Positions 7,433 through 17,238 of a DNA stretch of 64,000 nucleotides are shown in pieces. Source of the DNA: Minisyncoccia bacterium. Lineage in GTDB: Bacteria > Patescibacteriota > Minisyncoccia > Phycocordibacterales > UBA918. A program made the position numbers and the translations under genes. The notes under the pieces are model-generated. The model ran no database searches. It saw only the letters and a program-made list of their open reading frames with translations, and was not told the origin of the DNA. The stretch is taken from positions 108,251 to 172,250 of the forward strand of contig JBKJIT010000001.1 of assembly GCA_046598345.1 (NCBI GenBank), written 5' to 3'. How positions within the stretch are numbered: position 1 is the stretch's first letter; each line of letters begins with the position of its first letter.

Positions 7433-8149
7433 ATGGGGACACTTTTTGTTGTGGCGACGCCAATTGGGAATCTTGAAGACATCACGCTTCGGGCAATTCG
7501 TATTTTGAAAGAAGTTGACTATATACTCTGCGAGGATACACGGGTCACAGGAAAACTCCTCAAATACTACAACATTGAAACTAAGATGAAGCGCTATGAC
7601 GCGCATGCGTCGGAAAAAGTGCATGAGAGTATTTTGAAAGATTTAGAAGAAGGGAAGCACATCGCGCTCGTGTCTGACGCTGGGACACCTGGCGTGAGTG
7701 ACCCTGGGGTGCTTTTAGTTGCGCGCGCGCGCGAAGCTGGCGCGCGCATCGATGCGATTCCTGGACCTTCAGCACTTACCGCTGCGTTTTCGATCGCGGG
7801 ACTTACTGGAAATAACTTCGTGTTCTTAGGCTTCGCTCCTCAAAAGAAAGGTCGGCAGACTTTTTTTAAAAGTCTGCCGGGGTATGAAATCCCTGTCATT
7901 TTTTATGAAGCGCCCCACCGCATCATGAAGACTCTTGAATCGCTTGCTATGCATCTTGAAAATACTCCCACAATAGAAGACACTGAGGAAACGACTATTC
8001 CGGTTAACCGGAAGGTGGTGATCGCTCGCGAGCTTACTAAAATGTTTGAAGAGGTAGTTACGGGTTCGCCCAAGGAAGTTCTTCAGTACTTCTTGGAGTA
8101 TCCCGACCATATTCGGGGAGAATTTGTTGTTCTTGTGGAGGGACGGTAA
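7433..8149 (+). CDS. rsmI: 16S rRNA (C1402-2'-O)-methyltransferase
   Basis: VATPIGNLEDIT, CEDTR, SDAGTPGVSDPG, YEAPHR, RELTK motifs. Confidence 0.96.
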   Translation: MGTLFVVATPIGNLEDITLRAIRILKEVDYILCEDTRVTGKLLKYYNIETKMKRYDAHASEKVHESILKDLEEGKHIALVSDAGTPGVSDPGVLLVARAREAGARIDAIPGPSALTAAFSIAGLTGNNFVFLGFAPQKKGRQTFFKSLPGYEIPVIFYEAPHRIMKTLESLAMHLENTPTIEDTEETTIPVNRKVVIARELTKMFEEVVTGSPKEVLQYFLEYPDHIRGEFVVLVEGR

Positions 8150-8157
8150 GATAAGGT

Positions 8158-8400
8158 ATGTCACGTGAATCGTTTGTCTTTCTAGCAGGATTTGTTGTTT
8201 TCTTTGTTTCGTTCTTAGGCATCCCTATGGAATGGGAAAAATATATTCTTATTGGATCAGGTGTATTTCTTATGATTCTCGGGTACAGCCTTCGGCGCTC
8301 GTCGTTCCTCCGTTCTCTTAAAGCACACGATGGAGAGAGGAAGAGTGAGATGTTTGTGGAACAGGTTGCTCTGCGGGAGACTGAAGAAGAGAAAGAATGA
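8158..8400 (+). CDS. Small two-TM hypothetical protein
   Basis: Hydrophobic hairpin with ..FLGIP..W.. motif; directly follows rsmI. Confidence 0.7.
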   Translation: MSRESFVFLAGFVVFFVSFLGIPMEWEKYILIGSGVFLMILGYSLRRSSFLRSLKAHDGERKSEMFVEQVALRETEEEKE

Positions 8401-8407
8401 TTCGTAT

Positions 8408-9712
8408 ATGTATCGTTATGGAGTAATTGGAATAGTTACACTCGGAACGCTTTTTGTCCTGCATGCGGGGCTCACGCGGATGACGACATACGAGTATGTA
8501 GCGGGCGAAACATCTGCAGAAGCTATCGCAGTGAACTCTGATGAAGCAAAGCACGTTGAAGCGATTCCCGTGGACACGAGAGAAGTAGTTACGCATGTAC
8601 CACTTCCAGCACAAGTAAAAAATATTTACATGACATCCTGTGTCGTCGGCACCACTGATTTCAGGAATCGGTTAGTGGCACTCATAGATGAGACTGAAAT
8701 CAATTCGGTCATTATTGATATCAAGGATTTTTCGGGAACGATTTCATTCCCTCCAAAATCAGCCGCCTGGCAACCTGCGTGGACTGATGCGAGATGCGGT
8801 ACCAGGGACATGAAAGAATTTATTGCAACTCTTCACGAAAAAGGGATATTCGTCATTGCGCGTATGACGGTGTTTCAAGATCCGTTCTACGCTCCGAAGC
8901 ATCCAGAACTCGCAGTCCTCAAGGCCTCTGACGGCAGTGTGTGGCGTGACGGGAAAGGACTCGCATTTATAGATGTTGCCGCAAAGGAGTATTGGGATCA
9001 CATCATTGAACTTTCCAAGGAAGTGTACAACATGGGCTATGACGAAATTAATTATGATTACGTGCGGTATCCTTCTGATGGAAATATGAAAGACATTGCG
9101 TTTCCCAGAAGTATGGCAGGAGAGTACGGTGCTGATAAGCAAGCTAACCTCGAGGCGTTTTTTAAATACTTAAACGAAAAGCTCGACGATCCGGAACTCT
9201 TTAATGAAGTTCGTCATGAAAATACTGGACGCGCGACCGCAACCCCGTATACCTCAGCTGATCTCTTCGGTATGACGACGACAAACACCGACGACCTTTC
9301 TATTGGGCAAGTACAGGAGCGCGCTGCGCCATACTTCGATTTTATCGCCCCTATGGTGTACCCATCTCATTATCCGAAAGCATTCCTTGGTCTTGGGAAT
9401 CCAAATGACTATCCGTACAAGGTGGTACATTACGCAATGAGTGGCGGTGTGGCCCGCATGATTGCATCGACAACCGTGGTACAAGGATTCCTCCATGAAC
9501 GCATTGGCACCTCAACACCGGCGGTGTATACAAAGCCTGTCTATACAGCCGATAAGTTTAGAACTTGGATTCAGGATTTTGATTACGGAGGAGACTACGA
9601 TGCTGCGGATGTGCGCGCTCAGATTCAGGCTAGCTATGATGCTGGAGTAAATAGTTTTATGATTTGGGCGCCTTCAAATATTTACACACGCGGGGCACTC
9701 CTCAATGAGTAA
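8408..9712 (+). CDS. Putative glycoside hydrolase (DUF4015-like), membrane-anchored
   Basis: NSVIIDIKD, IAR..VFQD, DEINYDYVRYPSDG, PMVYPSHY, WIQDF motifs; N-terminal TM. Confidence 0.8.
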   Translation: MYRYGVIGIVTLGTLFVLHAGLTRMTTYEYVAGETSAEAIAVNSDEAKHVEAIPVDTREVVTHVPLPAQVKNIYMTSCVVGTTDFRNRLVALIDETEINSVIIDIKDFSGTISFPPKSAAWQPAWTDARCGTRDMKEFIATLHEKGIFVIARMTVFQDPFYAPKHPELAVLKASDGSVWRDGKGLAFIDVAAKEYWDHIIELSKEVYNMGYDEINYDYVRYPSDGNMKDIAFPRSMAGEYGADKQANLEAFFKYLNEKLDDPELFNEVRHENTGRATATPYTSADLFGMTTTNTDDLSIGQVQERAAPYFDFIAPMVYPSHYPKAFLGLGNPNDYPYKVVHYAMSGGVARMIASTTVVQGFLHERIGTSTPAVYTKPVYTADKFRTWIQDFDYGGDYDAADVRAQIQASYDAGVNSFMIWAPSNIYTRGALLNE

Positions 9713-9769
9713 TTGCGGGGGAGTGAGTTTTGGTATACGCTTAAATTTGGATTAACAGGGGAGGAGAGT

Positions 9770-9994
9770 ATGGAACCAGCAACAGTGCACGGCATTGCGC
9801 ATGAAGCTGCAGTGAGCCTGAATGACATCGAGCTGATTCAGTTGTGGTCCACAATGACTGCAACTCGATCACCTGACGCGGTGCAAAAGGTGCTTCGGGG
9901 AGAGCCTGGTTCGGCAATCTCGGACGCGCGGCTCCGTGAAGTCGCTGATGCGATGAGTGAGCGAAATCTGTTCTCGTCGATGTGTCTCCTGTAA
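9770..9994 (+). CDS. Hypothetical protein (74 aa)
   Basis: GGGGAGGAG SD before ATG 9770; GC-rich hairpin 10008-10039 after the stop. Confidence 0.6.
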   Translation: MEPATVHGIAHEAAVSLNDIELIQLWSTMTATRSPDAVQKVLRGEPGSAISDARLREVADAMSERNLFSSMCLL

Positions 9995-10055
9995 AGGAAC
10001 ACCAATACGCCCCGCGGCCTTCAGGCAGCGGGGCGGTTTCTGTTATACTTTCAAT

Positions 10056-11966
10056 ATGTCATTTGATCCAAACAAGATCACGTTCTTTGCGCAAACCGAT
10101 GCGCGCGGTAAAAACGTGAAGTTTGGTATTAAAGCGAAGGATAGGCAGCGGCACGTGTACGTCATTGGAAAGACGGGAATGGGGAAGTCGACCATGTTGG
10201 AAAACATGGCGGCGCAGGATATTCAAAATGGAGAGGGTTTGGCATTCATCGATCCACACGGGTCCTCGGCTGAAAGTCTTCTTAATTACGTACCTGAACA
10301 TCGAGTAAATGATGTGCTCTATTTTGCGCCATTTGATACCGACCACCCAATTTCGTTTAACGTCATGGAGGATGTGGGGGCAGACAAGCGGCACCTTGTT
10401 GTGTCTGGACTCATGTCGGTGTTTAAGAAAATATTCGTCGATCAGTGGTCGGCGCGTATGGAGTATATTCTTTCGAATACGCTCCTTGCGCTTCTTGAGT
10501 TTCCAGACTCGACGCTTCTTGGAGTTAACCGCATGCTTTCCGATAAGGACTACCGTAAGAAAGTAATTGATAACATCACCGACCCATCCGTAAAGTCTTT
10601 TTGGGTGGATGAGTTTTTGAAATACAACGAACGATACATGCAGGAGGCGGGTGATGCGATCAAGAATAAGATTGGGCAATTTACTGCAAATCCGGTTATT
10701 CGCAATATTATCGGACAACCGAAGTCGTCGTTTGATATTCGGAAGATCATGGATGAAAAAAAGATCATCATTATGAATCTTTCCAAGGGTCTTATTGGTG
10801 AAACCAATGCGAATCTCTTGGGGTCTATGCTGACGACGCGTATTTATCTTGCGGCGATGAGTCGTGCTGACCTTAGCCCTGAGAAGATGCGCGATATGCC
10901 CAATTTCTATTTTTACGTAGATGAGTTCCAGTCGTTTGCAAACGCAACCTTCGCGAATATTCTTTCTGAGGCTCGTAAGTACCATCTCAATCTCACGATT
11001 GCACACCAATACATCGAGCAAATGGAAGAGGATGTGCGCAATGCTGTTTTCGGTAACGTAGGCACGACGATTGCGTTTCGAGTGGGGCCATTTGACGCTG
11101 AAGTCCTTGAGACCATTTTTACCCCACAGTTTCTTGCCGCCGATATTGTTAATTTAGGGTTTGCACAAGTCTATCTCACCTTAATGATCGACGGTATTGG
11201 TTCTCAGCCATTTTCTGCGACAACGCTACCTCCGATTGAGCCTCCTCTCATTTCCCATAAAAATATGGTGGTTGCGGCGAGTCGCAGACAATTTTCTCGT
11301 CTTCGGCCAGAAGTTGAAGCTCAAATTTTAAAATTCCATGAGCCGGTTGTTTTTGTAAAGAAGTTAGAAGAAAAGCCTGCCCTTCCTAAGCCTTCACCTG
11401 TGGAGGAAAAGAAGCTCCCCTACGTTACCTTACAACCTAAAACGGCAAGTACTCCAACAGTCTCCCGTCCACCGGCCGGTGTTCTGCACCATGAAGAAAC
11501 CCCTCATCGCGAATCTTCTTCGCACGGAGAATTTCTAAAACGGGAAGAGCGAAGGCAGGCTGAACGTCGGCTAAGCGAGCGGCCATCTCCAGCTTCTCTG
11601 CCACATAAACCCAAGGAACATAATCTAAATGAACTCAGATCTGTGCTTAAAAATATTGTGAGAGTGGACACAGAAAAAAATACAGAGGAAAACAAGATCC
11701 CCCACAAAGCGGAAAAATTTGAGGAGTCGCGAGGCGAACTGAAGAATCTTCTCAGTTCTGTCCTTAAGACAGCTCCGCCTCCGACTGCGCCTATCCCCTC
11801 ACCAGCTGCAGCTATATCTCCACCCACACCCACACCCACACCGTCACAGCCTCCTCAGGTAGAGGAGCGCATACCACCCCAGCCACCGACACCAGAAAGT
11901 GCGGTAACTCCTAAAGAACTTGAACGGATGATGCGGGTGACGACTAGTGATACTTCGCCGCTCTAG
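10056..11966 (+). CDS. VirD4/TraD/TrwB-like coupling ATPase with a Pro-rich low-complexity tail
   Basis: Walker A GKTGMGKST, IDPHG, Walker B YVDEFQ, SEARKY..L.IAHQY; start moved to ATG 10056. Confidence 0.88.
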   Translation: MSFDPNKITFFAQTDARGKNVKFGIKAKDRQRHVYVIGKTGMGKSTMLENMAAQDIQNGEGLAFIDPHGSSAESLLNYVPEHRVNDVLYFAPFDTDHPISFNVMEDVGADKRHLVVSGLMSVFKKIFVDQWSARMEYILSNTLLALLEFPDSTLLGVNRMLSDKDYRKKVIDNITDPSVKSFWVDEFLKYNERYMQEAGDAIKNKIGQFTANPVIRNIIGQPKSSFDIRKIMDEKKIIIMNLSKGLIGETNANLLGSMLTTRIYLAAMSRADLSPEKMRDMPNFYFYVDEFQSFANATFANILSEARKYHLNLTIAHQYIEQMEEDVRNAVFGNVGTTIAFRVGPFDAEVLETIFTPQFLAADIVNLGFAQVYLTLMIDGIGSQPFSATTLPPIEPPLISHKNMVVAASRRQFSRLRPEVEAQILKFHEPVVFVKKLEEKPALPKPSPVEEKKLPYVTLQPKTASTPTVSRPPAGVLHHEETPHRESSSHGEFLKREERRQAERRLSERPSPASLPHKPKEHNLNELRSVLKNIVRVDTEKNTEENKIPHKAEKFEESRGELKNLLSSVLKTAPPPTAPIPSPAAAISPPTPTPTPSQPPQVEERIPPQPPTPESAVTPKELERMMRVTTSDTSPL

Positions 11967-12148
11967 AACTCATTCTAAACCCCCATCTAGATGCACGGGG
12001 TTGCGTTAAACAGAGCAAAAGAGCGTTGTTCTCTGTCCGTCTTTAATTTCTCTGTGAGGAGGAACCAAAGAAGCAGGGAGATGTATAGGCGATGCGCTTG
12101 GTCAATCTCCGTCACCTTTTCTTCATGAATTTGGTACTATAAGCGATT

Positions 12149-13015
12149 ATGGCTTCAGAAAAAACAGTGCTCATTACAGGAGGTGCGGGTTTCATTGGGT
12201 CCCATCTTTCGGAGCGACTATTAAAAGATGGGTACCGTGTCATCTCACTTGATAATTATTCCACTGGATCAAAGTCCAATCATATTGAGGGGGTCGAGTA
12301 TCGAGAAGGAGATACAAATGATATTGAGACTCTTGTATCTGAAACACCGGACCTAGTATTTCATCTGGGTGAATATGCGCGCGTCGAGCAAAGCTTCGGT
12401 GCGATTGAAAGAGTTCTTAAAAGTAATGTGATTGGGACAAAGCAGGTACTTGAATTTTGCAGAAAGCGGAAATGCAAATTAGTGTACGCAGGGTCGAGCA
12501 CAAAATTTGCCGACGGAGGTATTGGACGTGATCAGAGCCCGTATGCGTGGACAAAGGCAACGAACACAGAACTTGTACGCAACTATGGCGAATGGTTTGG
12601 TCTCAAATATGCTATTACCTATTTTTATAATGTGTACGGTGACAGAGAACGGAGTGATAGTGGCTCCGGAACAGTAATTGGAATATTCAAAGAACAGTAT
12701 GAGGCGGGAAAATCACTCACCGTACGCGCGCCAGGAACTCAGCGCAGAAATTTCACTCACGTTCACGACATTGTCGATGGGATTGTGCTCGTCGGGGAGC
12801 GCGGTGAGGGAGATGAATACGGTCTCGGACACAAGCATTCGTATTCTGTCCTTGAAGTGGCAGGAATGTTTGGGAGTGAAATTGAAATGCTCCCCGAGCG
12901 TCCCGGGAATCGCATGAATTCGTCAGTTGATTATAGCCGTGCCCGACTTGAACTTGGCTGGAAGCCTAAGCGCGATCTTCCGGATTACATCGCCTCCATC
13001 ACACACAATGGTTAA
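12149..13015 (+). CDS. NAD-dependent sugar epimerase/dehydratase
   Basis: TGGAGFIG, SPYAWTK (YxxxK), YFYNVYG. Confidence 0.9.
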   Translation: MASEKTVLITGGAGFIGSHLSERLLKDGYRVISLDNYSTGSKSNHIEGVEYREGDTNDIETLVSETPDLVFHLGEYARVEQSFGAIERVLKSNVIGTKQVLEFCRKRKCKLVYAGSSTKFADGGIGRDQSPYAWTKATNTELVRNYGEWFGLKYAITYFYNVYGDRERSDSGSGTVIGIFKEQYEAGKSLTVRAPGTQRRNFTHVHDIVDGIVLVGERGEGDEYGLGHKHSYSVLEVAGMFGSEIEMLPERPGNRMNSSVDYSRARLELGWKPKRDLPDYIASITHNG

Positions 13016-14177
13016 ACGCGTACTCGTTTTTTCTACTGACGATCATCTCTATCCTGCAGGAGGAGCAGAGCAGGCGTTTGGAAATATTAGTGAACGCATG
13101 CCCGACGTGGAATTTGATCTCATTTGTGCAAAGCTCCGAAAAGGAGTAAAAGGGTTTGAGCGCGTAAAAAACGTTAACATCTACCGCATGGGATTTGGTA
13201 TGCCCATAATCGACAGCATCGTTCTCGCTCTCTTTGGACACTTTTGTGCCTACAAACTTATGCGCACGCATACGTATGATCTCATATGGTCAATCATGGC
13301 ATCCTATGGAGCATTTGCTGCAGTGCGTGTAAAAAAGAAAACACACATTCCATTTTTGCTCACCCTCCAAGAGGGAGATGCATTCGAACATATTTATGCC
13401 CGCGTAAAATATGTTCGAAAGTCATTTAATGAAATTTTTCAATTGGCTGACGGGTTACAGGCCATTTCAAAGTATTTGCTTACGTGGGGTAAGGAGATGG
13501 GGTTTCGTGGCGCGGATGCAAAAGTAATTCCGAATGGAGTTGACGTTGACGTGTACCTTCGAGAGTACTCTCTCGAAGAGATTGCACGTGTACGCAATGC
13601 ATTTGGGTTCGAGGCCGGTTCAACGATTCTCATTACGAGCTCTCGCCTTGAAAAGAAAAATGGGGTTGCTGATGTAATTACAGCACTCTCAAAACTTCCA
13701 CCCAAGGTATGTTTTGTAATTTGCGGGAGCGGTTCACTCGAATCAGAACTGAAAGCGCAGGTGAAGCAACTCGACCTCTCCTCTCGAGTAACATTCTTAG
13801 GTTTTGTAGACCCAAGCGAGCTACCACTTCTCATGAAAGCTTCCGATATTTTTATTCGTCCATCGCTAACCGAAGGTTTGGGCATAGCATTTTTAGAGGG
13901 AATGGCCGCGATTGGAATTATTGTTGGAACACCGGTGGGTGGTATACCTGATTTCCTTACAGATGGAAAGACGGGATTTATGGTTACTGTAGAAGATCCA
14001 GACAGTATTAAAATGGTGATAGAAAAGATTATGAGCTTAAGCGAGTCAGAGAAGGGTCTGGTTCGCAGGGAAGCGCAGTCCGTAATTCGTGAGGTATATA
14101 ATTGGGACATTGTGACACGTCACATGCAAGAGCTTTTTGATGATATAACTAGGTCTCATGAGCGCACTCATTCTTGA
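13008..14177 (+). CDS. Glycosyltransferase family 4
   Basis: GGAE, IPNGVD, RPSLTEGLGIAFLE (EX7E). Confidence 0.9.
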   Translation: MVKRVLVFSTDDHLYPAGGAEQAFGNISERMPDVEFDLICAKLRKGVKGFERVKNVNIYRMGFGMPIIDSIVLALFGHFCAYKLMRTHTYDLIWSIMASYGAFAAVRVKKKTHIPFLLTLQEGDAFEHIYARVKYVRKSFNEIFQLADGLQAISKYLLTWGKEMGFRGADAKVIPNGVDVDVYLREYSLEEIARVRNAFGFEAGSTILITSSRLEKKNGVADVITALSKLPPKVCFVICGSGSLESELKAQVKQLDLSSRVTFLGFVDPSELPLLMKASDIFIRPSLTEGLGIAFLEGMAAIGIIVGTPVGGIPDFLTDGKTGFMVTVEDPDSIKMVIEKIMSLSESEKGLVRREAQSVIREVYNWDIVTRHMQELFDDITRSHERTHS

Positions 14178-15354
14178 CGGAGAACTTAAAAGCGCACTTT
14201 CTGCAATTCGCTCGCTTGGAAAGCGTGGCATTACCGTGGTATCGGGTTCGCTCCGCGAAAGCGCAATGGGACTCCATTCAAAATGTACGAATGAGTCTTT
14301 CGTGTATCCGTCACCATATGTAGATCAAGAGGGATTTGTGGCCTCGGTGCGTGAAGCTGCCCGACGTATTGGTGATACACCAGTTGTATTCGCGTTCAGT
14401 GACGCAACGTGGCTATCACTCTACGCACATCGCGAGGTGCTGAAGGAGGACATGACGCTTGTATTTCCGAATGATGACGCGGTTGCTATTGCATTCGATA
14501 AGGCTGCGACGTATTCTCTCGCTCGCGTTTCTGGTGTCCCTACCATAACCTCGCACACCGCGGAACTTCCGAGCGAAGTTCCGTATCTCGCTGATACGCT
14601 CACGTTCCCGCTTGTGGTAAAGCCAAGACGAAGTGTTGTGTGGCGGGAAGGTCGCGGTGTCTTCGGGAGTGCCAGCTTTGTGCATGACAAAGGCGAATTA
14701 GTCAGAAAATTTTCAGAACTCAAAGATGCTTGGGGTGAAGCACCGCTCATTCAAGACCTCCTTGTGGGTGAAGAGTACGGAGTTGAGATGATTGCGTCTG
14801 AAGGTAAACCACTTGCTATCGTGACACACCACCGACTTCGGTCACTCTCACCTACGGGCGGCGCATCGGTGCTCAAGGAAACGCTGGGGCAGGGGATTCT
14901 TCGGGAAACACTTGAGGCGCATGCGTTAACACTCATTCAAAAGATCTCGTGGAGTGGACCTATTATGGTTGAGTTTAAAGTTAATAGCGATACGAGAGAG
15001 CCGAAACTCATGGAAATAAATGGACGTTTCTGGGGCTCCCTTCCACTTTCGATAGCGGCGGGAGTTGATATGCCGTACATCTACTATGCACTTGCGGAGG
15101 GGACACATAGTGATACGGAAGTAATTCGCGGTAAAGACGGGGTGACCACGCGACATTTCTTGGGAGATGTCATGCACCTCACGAGAGTACTCTGTACGCG
15201 AGATAAGTTGCGCCATCTACTCTACCCAGAGCGAAGCAAAGCAATCCGTGATTTCTGTATACTTCCGAAAGGAACGAAAAGTGATGTATGGTCGCTTCAG
15301 GATCCAAAACCCGCTATCATGGAGTTCATTGATGCAGTTAAAAAACGAACATGA
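14158..15354 (+). CDS. ATP-grasp carboxylate-amine ligase
   Basis: DK..TY, PLVVKP, MVEFK, LMEINGRFWGS motifs. Confidence 0.85.
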   Translation: MSALILDGELKSALSAIRSLGKRGITVVSGSLRESAMGLHSKCTNESFVYPSPYVDQEGFVASVREAARRIGDTPVVFAFSDATWLSLYAHREVLKEDMTLVFPNDDAVAIAFDKAATYSLARVSGVPTITSHTAELPSEVPYLADTLTFPLVVKPRRSVVWREGRGVFGSASFVHDKGELVRKFSELKDAWGEAPLIQDLLVGEEYGVEMIASEGKPLAIVTHHRLRSLSPTGGASVLKETLGQGILRETLEAHALTLIQKISWSGPIMVEFKVNSDTREPKLMEINGRFWGSLPLSIAAGVDMPYIYYALAEGTHSDTEVIRGKDGVTTRHFLGDVMHLTRVLCTRDKLRHLLYPERSKAIRDFCILPKGTKSDVWSLQDPKPAIMEFIDAVKKRT

Positions 15355-16154
15355 CCGTCACCGCAATTCTACATACTCATTCAACGTATTCGTACGATGC
15401 GAAGCTTTCGCTTAGGGATCTTAAAGCTCTCCTCGTCACGCGTGGGGTACAGGTTGCGTGCATGACTGAACACACGGATGAAATGACGCATGAGAGCGCG
15501 GCGGCGTTTGTGCGGGAATGCGAAATATTATCCGACGATTCGTTTTTATTCATTCCTGGTTTTGAGGTGCCGACATATAACCATGCGCACATTCTTATGA
15601 TTGGTATGCGAGAATTTCTTGGAAACTATGCAAGGAATTTGGAGGAACTCCGACCTTGGGCAGAACGAGCTGCGTTTGTTGTCCTTGCGCACCCGGTGCG
15701 AAATGATTTCTTGGTTGACGACGGACTCCTTAGAATGATTGATGGGCTTGAGGTATGGAACCAACAGTATGACGGCAAACGTGTGCCGCGCACCCATTCA
15801 CTTACGCTCTACGAAAAACTTCGCGCAAGAAAGCCAGAACTTCACGCAACGGGTGGCGTTGATTTACATAGGAAGGAGCACGCTGGGGCGCCCCACATTA
15901 CGCTTGAAGTTGAAAGTCTTAGAGAGTCGCACGTGCTTGAGAAACTAAAGGTAGGTGCATATACGGTGAATTCAAAGGAGACTTCGTTTTTTGGTACGCT
16001 TCCTAATCCTGGAATGTTGAAACGCGCTCACCGAGTGGAGAGTTTCATTTCAGTAACTATTATCGTGCTTGGCAAAACGGTAAACAAAACGCTGGCCGTC
16101 GTTGGAATTACGTTACCTAAATCACTGAAGGAGCTTGTTCGGAGGCGAGTGTAG
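15351..16154 (+). CDS. PHP-domain metallophosphoesterase
   Basis: HTHSTYSYD, TEH, GFEV, LAHP, EVWN, GGVDLH. Confidence 0.8.
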   Translation: MTVTAILHTHSTYSYDAKLSLRDLKALLVTRGVQVACMTEHTDEMTHESAAAFVRECEILSDDSFLFIPGFEVPTYNHAHILMIGMREFLGNYARNLEELRPWAERAAFVVLAHPVRNDFLVDDGLLRMIDGLEVWNQQYDGKRVPRTHSLTLYEKLRARKPELHATGGVDLHRKEHAGAPHITLEVESLRESHVLEKLKVGAYTVNSKETSFFGTLPNPGMLKRAHRVESFISVTIIVLGKTVNKTLAVVGITLPKSLKELVRRRV

Positions 16155-17130
16155 TGATGTCTTTCATTGATGCGCTCCCCATGCCATATTTTTCTTTGAG
16201 CATTTCAAAGTGTTCAAGAATTTCTTCAAGGTTTCTAAAATTTTCTTTTTGGTTTGTGCCCACATTGTGTGGATGCCACCAGAGGTGAAATATTTCACCG
16301 CACTTTGCTGCGTGCGTCATGCTGTCTTTTATTCGTTTCATACGCAGAGATTCAAAAGGTGAGAGAAATTTATTCCAGGGTCGCAAAAAACGGCTCGCTT
16401 TAATGTCGACAGGAAACGGAGGTGATTCTTCTGGAAGTGCATATGTGTGATGTCCACTTATATTTAGGTAGTGGTCGAGAAGACGAAGACCCCGAATAAA
16501 AAGAGTTTGCTCACTATCTTTCCTCGGGGCGTACAGAAAATGTGTTTCGTTTCCACGATACGCATGGATTCCATTTCTTTTGCACGTGCGCAGTGCCTCG
16601 TCGCTCGGCTGATTGCGCGGGAAGACCATTGATTCGGTTGTGACACCGTATGTCTCAGAGATTTTTTTGTGAGCCTCTAAATCCGCTTCAAAGACGTTCG
16701 GTGGGTTGTCGTGTCCGTCCATGCAGTAAAAATGCGAGAAGGTATGGTTGGCAATTTCTTGTCCCGGAGTCGCTAAGATTTTTTCAACAAGGGAAGATCC
16801 AAAATGATATGGATCAGATTTTTCATCGTCGCCAATTTCAGTCGTGTCGAGATGGTGGTAGGCGGAAACACGCTCGTCTTCATATGTTGGCCAGAGTTCA
16901 TGCGGGGGAAGCACGCCATACAGCTCTTCCTTATTTCGTGCCATGAGCATGCCGAGGGTTGCCCACGTGGCGTGGATGTTGTGTGATTTAAAAAGTTCGA
17001 GCATCCGGGGAATTGCCGTCTGTTCTCCGAGTACATGTGGGCCGTATTCCTTAAGTGAGACCTTATCAAACATGCCCCAGAAAAGCTCAAAATCGAGCGA
17101 TATGACGAGATATCCCGGTTTGTGATCCAT
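16117..17130 (-). CDS. Polysaccharide deacetylase family protein
   Basis: SLDFEL.WG, EIANHTFSH, VFPRNQ, HLWWHPHN. Confidence 0.85.
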   Translation of the reverse strand: MDHKPGYLVISLDFELFWGMFDKVSLKEYGPHVLGEQTAIPRMLELFKSHNIHATWATLGMLMARNKEELYGVLPPHELWPTYEDERVSAYHHLDTTEIGDDEKSDPYHFGSSLVEKILATPGQEIANHTFSHFYCMDGHDNPPNVFEADLEAHKKISETYGVTTESMVFPRNQPSDEALRTCKRNGIHAYRGNETHFLYAPRKDSEQTLFIRGLRLLDHYLNISGHHTYALPEESPPFPVDIKASRFLRPWNKFLSPFESLRMKRIKDSMTHAAKCGEIFHLWWHPHNVGTNQKENFRNLEEILEHFEMLKEKYGMGSASMKDITTLASEQAPSVI

Positions 17131-17238
17131 ATCTTCAACTATAGCCCAGCAATTTAAATCCTAAAAGTTTTAAGAAAGAAGCTTTTAGGGATTTCTGTTA
17201 TAATTTAAGAGAATTAATAAATTATAATCTATTCTATT

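Noticed and set aside
10059-11021. 320-aa antisense ORF (and similar ones such as 13439-14110, 24880-25509, 50526-51050)
   Set aside because: Shadow frames of well-supported genes on the opposite strand; no motifs or initiation signals.
11770-11900. CCCACA-type short repeats
   Set aside because: They encode the Pro/Thr-rich tail of the VirD4-like protein, not an independent repeat array.
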